From Thermoguttaceae bacterium (lineage in GTDB: Bacteria > Planctomycetota > Planctomycetia > Pirellulales > Thermoguttaceae), in contig JAVBQW010000029.1 in NCBI GenBank assembly GCA_031548665.1, positions 11,684-75,683 of the forward strand: a stretch of 64,000 nucleotides of DNA, in the 5' to 3' direction. Within the stretch, counting starts at the first letter, position 1; every line of letters begins with the position of its first letter. The position numbers and the translations under genes were made by a program. The notes below the pieces were generated by a model. The model searched no databases. It saw nothing but the letters and a program-made list of their open reading frames with translations, and was not told the origin of the DNA. Of this stretch, positions 59,146 through 64,000 are shown piece by piece.

Positions 59146-62100
59146 ATGGACGATCGCACCATCACGTTTGACGGCCTTTCGATCAATCTTCAACAGGGAC
59201 TCGACACGGAACAGGTCCGACGTTCCACGGAAAAATACGGTCGAAACACTCTCACGCCGCCGCAGCGCGATCCGTGGTGGAAACTGCTTCTCGAAAAATT
59301 CGAGGATCCGACGATCCGTATCCTGATCATCGCGGCAGTTGTCTCGCTCCTCATGACGGTCCTTGAAAAAACCGTCCTCCAACACAAAGAAGCGAGTTTC
59401 ATCGACTCCATCGGCATCATTCTCGCCGTGCTTTTGGCGACGCTTGCCGGATTCTTCAGCGAACTGAAAAGCGCCGGGGAATTCGAGCTTTTGAACAAGG
59501 TCAAGGACGACATCCTGATCAAGGTCTTGCGGAACGGCCAGATTGTCGAGATTTCGATCAACGACGTCGTGATCGGCGATCTTGTCCGACTCGACCTCGG
59601 CGACAAGGTTCCCGCCGACGGCGTCGTTCTCGACGCCATGGGCCTGGTGCTCGACCAGTCCGTGATGACCGGCGAGTCCGTTCCCGTCGAGAAACATCCC
59701 ATCGCGCAAGAGCCGGGGGCGTCAGCCCCCGGATGCGCGGCGACGCTTGAAGACGCAACCCATCCGGGGGCTTACACCCCCGGCTCTTGCGCGGATATCG
59801 ACGAGGTTCATCTCGTTTACCGGGGAACCATGGTTTCGGACGGACACGGCTTGTTCCTCGTCACGGCGGTCGGCGACAAGACCCGACTCGGCCAGATCGC
59901 GGCGAATCTCGGTTCGACGGAGTCGGACTCCGACACGCCGCTGACGCAAAAACTGTCGAAGCTCGCCAAACAGATCAGCGTCGTCGGAATTACCGGCGCG
60001 ATGACGATTTTCACCGTGATGGCCGCCGAGGCGATCTGGAAGTCGACCCTCTTCGGCGAAAACTGGGCGGGAATCCTCCATTTTGAGGACGTCGGTCCCT
60101 TCATCGTACTGAGCTTGATCTCGCTCCTGTTCGGTTTCCTGGCGATGCGCTTCGCCCTGAAGCCGTTCTTCGAGAGCATGGACATTTCCCTGAAGAACCC
60201 GGGACTCCAAGCCTTGGCCTGCGTTCCGATGGTCGTCGGCGTCTTCGGCGTCGGACTCGGCTTGATGGAAATCCTCGACGCCCAAGACTCTTCAGTCGTC
60301 TTCTTCCAGCCGTCGGGAGAATCGAAACTCCTTGAGGGGCCCGAAGCGATGAAATGGATCGTCGGCGAAGCAATGTCGCTCGTTCGGGAATTGTTGACTT
60401 GCTTCGTCGTTGCCGTGACGATTATCGTCGTCGCCGTGCCGGAGGGACTCCCGATGATGGTTACGGTCTCGCTGGCCCTGAATATGATGAAAATGGCTCG
60501 CGAAAACTGTTTGATTCGAAAGCTCGTCGCTTCGGAAACCATCGGCTGCGCAACGGTCGTCTGCTCCGACAAGACCGGAACGCTGACCCAAAACCGGATG
60601 ACCGCGACCTGGCTTTATATTGGCCAACAAGAATTCGATGGAACGGATTTCGCCACGATACACGCCCTGCCGGAATGGTCGAAACTGGTCGACTCGATTT
60701 CCGCCAACAGCGAAGCGTCGCTGCATATCGAGACGGGCGGAGGCCGTTCCGGCGGCAAGAAAGTCGTCGAAGGAATCGGCAACCCGACCGAATGCGCCCT
60801 GTTGCGGCTGCTGTACGACGCCGGAGCCGACTACCGCAAACATCGCGACAAATATCCCCGACTTTGGGAGCTGAACCATAATTCGCAGCGAAAACTGTCG
60901 CTGGTCCTCGTCGAAGTCGACGGCAACAAACTTTGTTGGGCGAAGGGAGCTCCGGAACGGTTGATCGAACGCTGTGCTTCCGTTTACATCAACGGCGTGA
61001 CGCAACCGATTGATGAACATCTGGAAGCGATCCACGCCGCTCTCGACAAGGCCGCAAGCCAGGCGCTGCGGGTGATCGCGCTGACGGAAAAACAGGGAGA
61101 AGGAAACTGCTTCGACGAGTCGCATCCCGATCACTGTTTGAGCTGTCGCTGCCATACGTTGCTCGCCCTCGTCGGAATCGCCGATCCGATCCGGCCCGAA
61201 GTCGCCAAAGCGGTCGAAACCTGCCGCCAAGCCGGCGTCGACGTCAAAATGATTACCGGCGACTCCGAACCGACGGCGGTCGCGATCGCCCGCCAAGCGG
61301 GGATTCTTGCGCAAGAGCCGAGGATTCTTGCGCAAGAGCCGGGGGTGTCAGCCCCCGGATGCGCGACGACGCTTGAAGACGCAACCCATCCGGGGGCTAA
61401 CACCCCCGGCTCTTGCGCTGCCGCCCCCGGCTCTTGCGCGGAGGAACTTGTTCTAACCTCGGACGAACTCGCGAAGATCTCCGACGAGGAGCTGCCCGGA
61501 GTCGTCAAACGGCTGCGGGTTCTCGCCCGATCGACGCCGATGGACAAGCTCCGTTTGGTCAAGGCGATGCACCGTGACGGCGAAGTCGTCGCGATGACCG
61601 GCGACGGAACGAACGACGCTCCCGCGTTGAAATTCGCCGACGTCGGCATCTCGATGGGAATCGCCGGCACCGAAGTCGCGAAGGAAGCCAGCGACATCGT
61701 GCTGATCGACGACAATTTCAAGAGCATCGTCACGGGAATCTGGTGGGGCCGCACGCTGTACCAAAATATCCAACGGTTCCTGCAATTCCAGCTTTCCGTG
61801 AACGTCGTCGCGATGACCTGCGCCCTGATCGGTCCGATGGTCGGCATTCCGTTGCCGCTGACGGTTCCGCAGCTTTTGTGGATCAATATCATCATGGATA
61901 CGTTCGCGGCGATTGCGTTGAGTACGGAGCCGCCCCGGGAAAGTTCGATGCGGCGGCGCCCCGTTGCCCGGGACGCGTCGATCGTTACGCCGTCGATGGG
62001 CGTCTCGATTTTGCTCAACAGTTTTTACCAGGTCGTGATTCTGTTCCTCGCCCTGTATTTCGGCTGGTTCCTCGCTCCGGAACATCGATTTACGTTCAAT

Positions 62101-62448
62101 TTGGCGCCGAGAGCGGAGGAAAACATCGAGGCGTTGACCGTGTTTTTCACGATTTTCGTGATGTTCCAATTTTGGCGGATCTTCCTCTGCCGTTCATTGC
62201 GTTACGAAGAGCCGCCCTTTGCGCAGCTTTTGAAGAACCGGGCCTTCCTCGTGATCGTTTTGATTATCGCCGTCGTCCAATTCGGGATGGTTCAGGCGAG
62301 CGGCTTCGTGGGAATCGGCGAGATTTTTCGAACGGTTTCGCTCTCGGTCGGCCAATGGGGCGGCATCGCCTTGCTCACGGCGACGATCCTCCCGATCGCC
62401 TGGGCCGTTCGGCTTTTCATCTGTCGAGCGGGGCTGGAAGATTGGTAA
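59146..62448 (+). CDS. P-type ATPase, Ca2+-transporting type (P2A/P2B-like)
   Basis: Start at MDDRTITF with GAGAGG upstream. Cation_ATPase_N-like GLDTEQVRRSTEKYGRNTLTPP, TGESVPVEK, VAVPEGLP, CSDKTGTLTQNRM, MTGDGTNDAPALK. Confidence 0.9.
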   Translation: MDDRTITFDGLSINLQQGLDTEQVRRSTEKYGRNTLTPPQRDPWWKLLLEKFEDPTIRILIIAAVVSLLMTVLEKTVLQHKEASFIDSIGIILAVLLATLAGFFSELKSAGEFELLNKVKDDILIKVLRNGQIVEISINDVVIGDLVRLDLGDKVPADGVVLDAMGLVLDQSVMTGESVPVEKHPIAQEPGASAPGCAATLEDATHPGAYTPGSCADIDEVHLVYRGTMVSDGHGLFLVTAVGDKTRLGQIAANLGSTESDSDTPLTQKLSKLAKQISVVGITGAMTIFTVMAAEAIWKSTLFGENWAGILHFEDVGPFIVLSLISLLFGFLAMRFALKPFFESMDISLKNPGLQALACVPMVVGVFGVGLGLMEILDAQDSSVVFFQPSGESKLLEGPEAMKWIVGEAMSLVRELLTCFVVAVTIIVVAVPEGLPMMVTVSLALNMMKMARENCLIRKLVASETIGCATVVCSDKTGTLTQNRMTATWLYIGQQEFDGTDFATIHALPEWSKLVDSISANSEASLHIETGGGRSGGKKVVEGIGNPTECALLRLLYDAGADYRKHRDKYPRLWELNHNSQRKLSLVLVEVDGNKLCWAKGAPERLIERCASVYINGVTQPIDEHLEAIHAALDKAASQALRVIALTEKQGEGNCFDESHPDHCLSCRCHTLLALVGIADPIRPEVAKAVETCRQAGVDVKMITGDSEPTAVAIARQAGILAQEPRILAQEPGVSAPGCATTLEDATHPGANTPGSCAAAPGSCAEELVLTSDELAKISDEELPGVVKRLRVLARSTPMDKLRLVKAMHRDGEVVAMTGDGTNDAPALKFADVGISMGIAGTEVAKEASDIVLIDDNFKSIVTGIWWGRTLYQNIQRFLQFQLSVNVVAMTCALIGPMVGIPLPLTVPQLLWINIIMDTFAAIALSTEPPRESSMRRRPVARDASIVTPSMGVSILLNSFYQVVILFLALYFGWFLAPEHRFTFNLAPRAEENIEALTVFFTIFVMFQFWRIFLCRSLRYEEPPFAQLLKNRAFLVIVLIIAVVQFGMVQASGFVGIGEIFRTVSLSVGQWGGIALLTATILPIAWAVRLFICRAGLEDW
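59704..59792. repeat. PAL-D 89-bp double-hairpin element inside the ATPase ORF (first copy)
   Basis: 16-bp perfect termini GCGCAAGAGCCGGGGG / CCCCCGGCTCTTGCGC. Read as AQEPGASAPGCAATLEDATHPGAYTPGSCA. Confidence 0.9.
61301..61439. repeat. PAL-D element inside the ATPase ORF (second copy, 61330-61418) with both termini duplicated at a 21-bp period
   Basis: 86/89 positions identical to the first copy by hand alignment. GGATTCTTGCGCAAGAGCCG x2 (61301, 61322) and CCCCCGGCTCTTGCGC x2 (61403, 61424). Confidence 0.9.
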
Positions 62449-62511
62449 CCGTTCACGGACATTTGAAAACAGGCGTTCCCGTTGGGGTCGGTTTTCTATT
62501 CCGTTCCATGA

Positions 62512-62551
62512 CCGGGGACTGCGCGGAGTACCGCTTCGTCCCCGGCTCTTT
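62512..62551. repeat. PAL-C palindrome (reverse orientation), intergenic
   Basis: CCGGGGACTGCGCGGAGTACCGCTTCGTCCCCGGCTCTTT. Confidence 0.85.
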
Positions 62552-62616
62552 AGTTTGGCGACAAAACAACAGCCGGAATGGAGGCGTACTCGCCGCAATG
62601 ACGGTCGTTCGGCGTG

Positions 62617-62778
62617 TTACTCCGAAAGAAACAGGCGTTCCGGCGGGTTGCCTTCGTAATATTCGTTCAGGTCGAACAGCTTGCTGGAAAGCATGGCGAA
62701 GTTCACGATGTCTTGAAGGTCTTTCCCGACAGGATAAATCGTGTAGTCGTCTTGCGGCGAAACAATTCGTTCGATCAT
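62617..62778 (-). CDS. Candidate small protein, 53 aa (MIERIVSPQDDYTIYPVGKDLQDIVNFAMLSSKLFDLNEYYEGNPPERLFLSE)
   Basis: Its ATG overlaps the TGA of the upstream hydrolase gene (ATGA). Balanced, non-repetitive composition. Below the track cutoff. Confidence 0.45.
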   Translation of the reverse strand: MIERIVSPQDDYTIYPVGKDLQDIVNFAMLSSKLFDLNEYYEGNPPERLFLSE

Positions 62779-63782
62779 CGTTCAGATTTTTTTTCCGCGA
62801 AGCAGCCGTGTTCGAGAAATCGGAACACGGCTTCGTAAACGTCTTCGGTGAGGAGCATCTCGCCGTGTCCGACGTGAAATTGGATCCAATCGTCGGCTCC
62901 CAGCAGCCGGGTTCCTTCCGTGCTGACGATTCCGTCGTCGTCGCCGGCAATCAAGAGGCTGAATCCCCGATCGTCGCCGCGTCCCCCGGCGATGATTCCG
63001 AACGAACAGCAGGGAATTCCCAACGAAAGCTCCGTTCGGGGCCAATGAATGCCGAGTTCGTCGCCGCTTTCGCCGCCGACCCGTCGATTTAACGGATTGT
63101 TGCCGATCAACTTGACCGCGATTTCGGCGCCGTGGTTCGGCGGACCCAGCATCACAAATCGACCGATCCGACGATCCGGAACGAAGGCTCCACGAGCTTC
63201 CATCTTGTCGAGCGGCGTCTGCCAGTTTTCGTCCAACGGACCGCTCAAATACCGCCGAATGACGATGCTGCCGAGACTGTGTCCGATAAAGTCGATGCGA
63301 TTCACGGAATCCGGCAGGCCGCGAACAACCTGATCCAGCATCCGGGCGTGATCCAAAATCGACTGCTGCGTCGAAGGATACGACATGTTGAACACGGCGT
63401 CGTACTCCGGACGGTTGCGGAGACTCTCCGCGACGTGCCGCATCGTAAAACAGCCGGAGCCGAATCCGTGCAATACGATCGCGACCCGGCCCCGGAGCGG
63501 AACAATGTTTTCCTCCGACTCGATCTCCGTCAAACGACGACGGCATTCCTCCAGAGTCCCTGCCGTCCGTTGGATGGAGCGGGAGTCGAGCAGACGATAA
63601 GTTTCCGTCTTGACGTTTTGCTGGAGATGGTGCTCCCGGGAAAAATAGACGTCGCCCCAAAAAAATAAGCCGCCGGTCGTCTTGAACGGAACAATCTCCT
63701 CAATCTTCGGCGGGAAATTCTCCTGGCCGAAAACCGTGACGGCGAACAGTAAAAAAATCGGAAGAAAATGCTGCCCCTTCAT
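62775..63782 (-). CDS. Secreted alpha/beta hydrolase (lipase/esterase-like, GHSLG nucleophile elbow)
   Basis: Start at MKGQHFLPIFLLFAVTVFGQ. VAIVLHGFGSG and IDFIGHSLGSIVIRRYL. Confidence 0.8.
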   Translation of the reverse strand: MKGQHFLPIFLLFAVTVFGQENFPPKIEEIVPFKTTGGLFFWGDVYFSREHHLQQNVKTETYRLLDSRSIQRTAGTLEECRRRLTEIESEENIVPLRGRVAIVLHGFGSGCFTMRHVAESLRNRPEYDAVFNMSYPSTQQSILDHARMLDQVVRGLPDSVNRIDFIGHSLGSIVIRRYLSGPLDENWQTPLDKMEARGAFVPDRRIGRFVMLGPPNHGAEIAVKLIGNNPLNRRVGGESGDELGIHWPRTELSLGIPCCSFGIIAGGRGDDRGFSLLIAGDDDGIVSTEGTRLLGADDWIQFHVGHGEMLLTEDVYEAVFRFLEHGCFAEKKSER

Positions 63783-63851
63783 GACGTCCTCGCTCGTTTG
63801 AGGAGGAAAGTTTACCAAGGAAAGGGAGAAAAATCAAGATCGAACGACGGA

Positions 63852-63891
63852 CCGGGACCGCAGAGGGACCGGGACCGCAGGTCCCGGCTCT
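63852..63891. repeat. PAL-B hairpin with a partial duplication of its left arm
   Basis: CCGGGACCGCAG at 63852 and again within CCGGGACC-GCA-GGTCCCGGCTCT at 63869-63891. Confidence 0.8.
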
Positions 63892-63909
63892 GAGTTGAGG
63901 GGCGATTTT

Positions 63910-64000
63910 TCAACGTTTGTAGAGGAATCCGAGGCCGACGTAGTTTCCTTCCGTAATGGGGAAAATCGTCAGGCCCCTCGGAAGTTTCGCTCCGTCGGTC
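63910..64000 (-). CDS. 3' end of an unidentified minus-strand gene (…ITEGNYVGLGFLYKR-stop), partial
   Basis: Open minus-strand frame from the window edge to TGA at 63910-63912. Only 30 codons are visible. Confidence 0.3.
   Translation of the reverse strand, partial: TDGAKLPRGLTIFPITEGNYVGLGFLYKR

Noticed and set aside
1-64000. Prophage, integrative element, CRISPR-Cas, restriction-modification or other multi-gene defence island
   Set aside because: No integrase, recombinase, phage structural, cas, methyltransferase or nuclease genes are recognisable. The only addiction/defence-type module is the HigBA pair.

Overview
Moderately GC-rich 64-kb chromosomal window, probably from a PVC-superphylum bacterium (Planctomycetota or a related Lentisphaerota/Kiritimatiellota-type lineage). 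The taxonomic call rests on three DUF1559/H-X9-DG proteins with prepilin-type N-terminal methylation signals, a formylglycine-type sulfatase and a run of very large secreted glycoside hydrolases: a GH13-like 1443-aa enzyme, a GH2 of 1096 aa, a ~1270-aa GH with a discoidin domain, a two-domain ~920-aa GH and a GH43-like propeller. A XylR-like regulator and an FGGY sugar kinase accompany them. Other genes are a partial DExH helicase, argH, a UbiD-family decarboxylase, an SDR, an EF-G II-type paralog, an orphan RND permease, an orphan ABC ATPase, a solitary HydA-like [FeFe]-hydrogenase, a Ca-type P-type ATPase, a HigBA toxin-antitoxin pair, a Cache-HAMP-SpoIIE phosphatase, a REC-degenerate-GGDEF regulator and a decayed hybrid histidine kinase. 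I count about 33 credible protein genes, two of them under 60 aa and absent from the ORF track. I see no rRNA, tRNA, CRISPR, integrase or transposase. Most long ORFs antisense to these genes are codon-phased shadow ORFs. The most unusual property of the window is a repeat system rather than a gene cluster. More than 30 copies of short GC-rich palindromic elements fall into eight sequence families (called PAL-A to PAL-H here). Several families share an AGAGCC head and a GGTACTCC core. Nine copies sit inside the ORFs of five genes (helicase, GH13, UbiD, large GH, P-type ATPase) without breaking the reading frame, as Rickettsia palindromic elements do. Other copies supply the stop codons of argH and the UbiD gene, flank the orphan RND pump, flank a 4.4-kb two-gene segment in inverted orientation, or form a 6-unit tandem array in the leader of the ATPase gene. 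The second outlier is a 678-aa secreted protein whose C-terminal ~430 residues are roughly 18 percent methionine (MNPMMGG-type repeats). All functional calls come from motif recognition by eye; no database search was possible.
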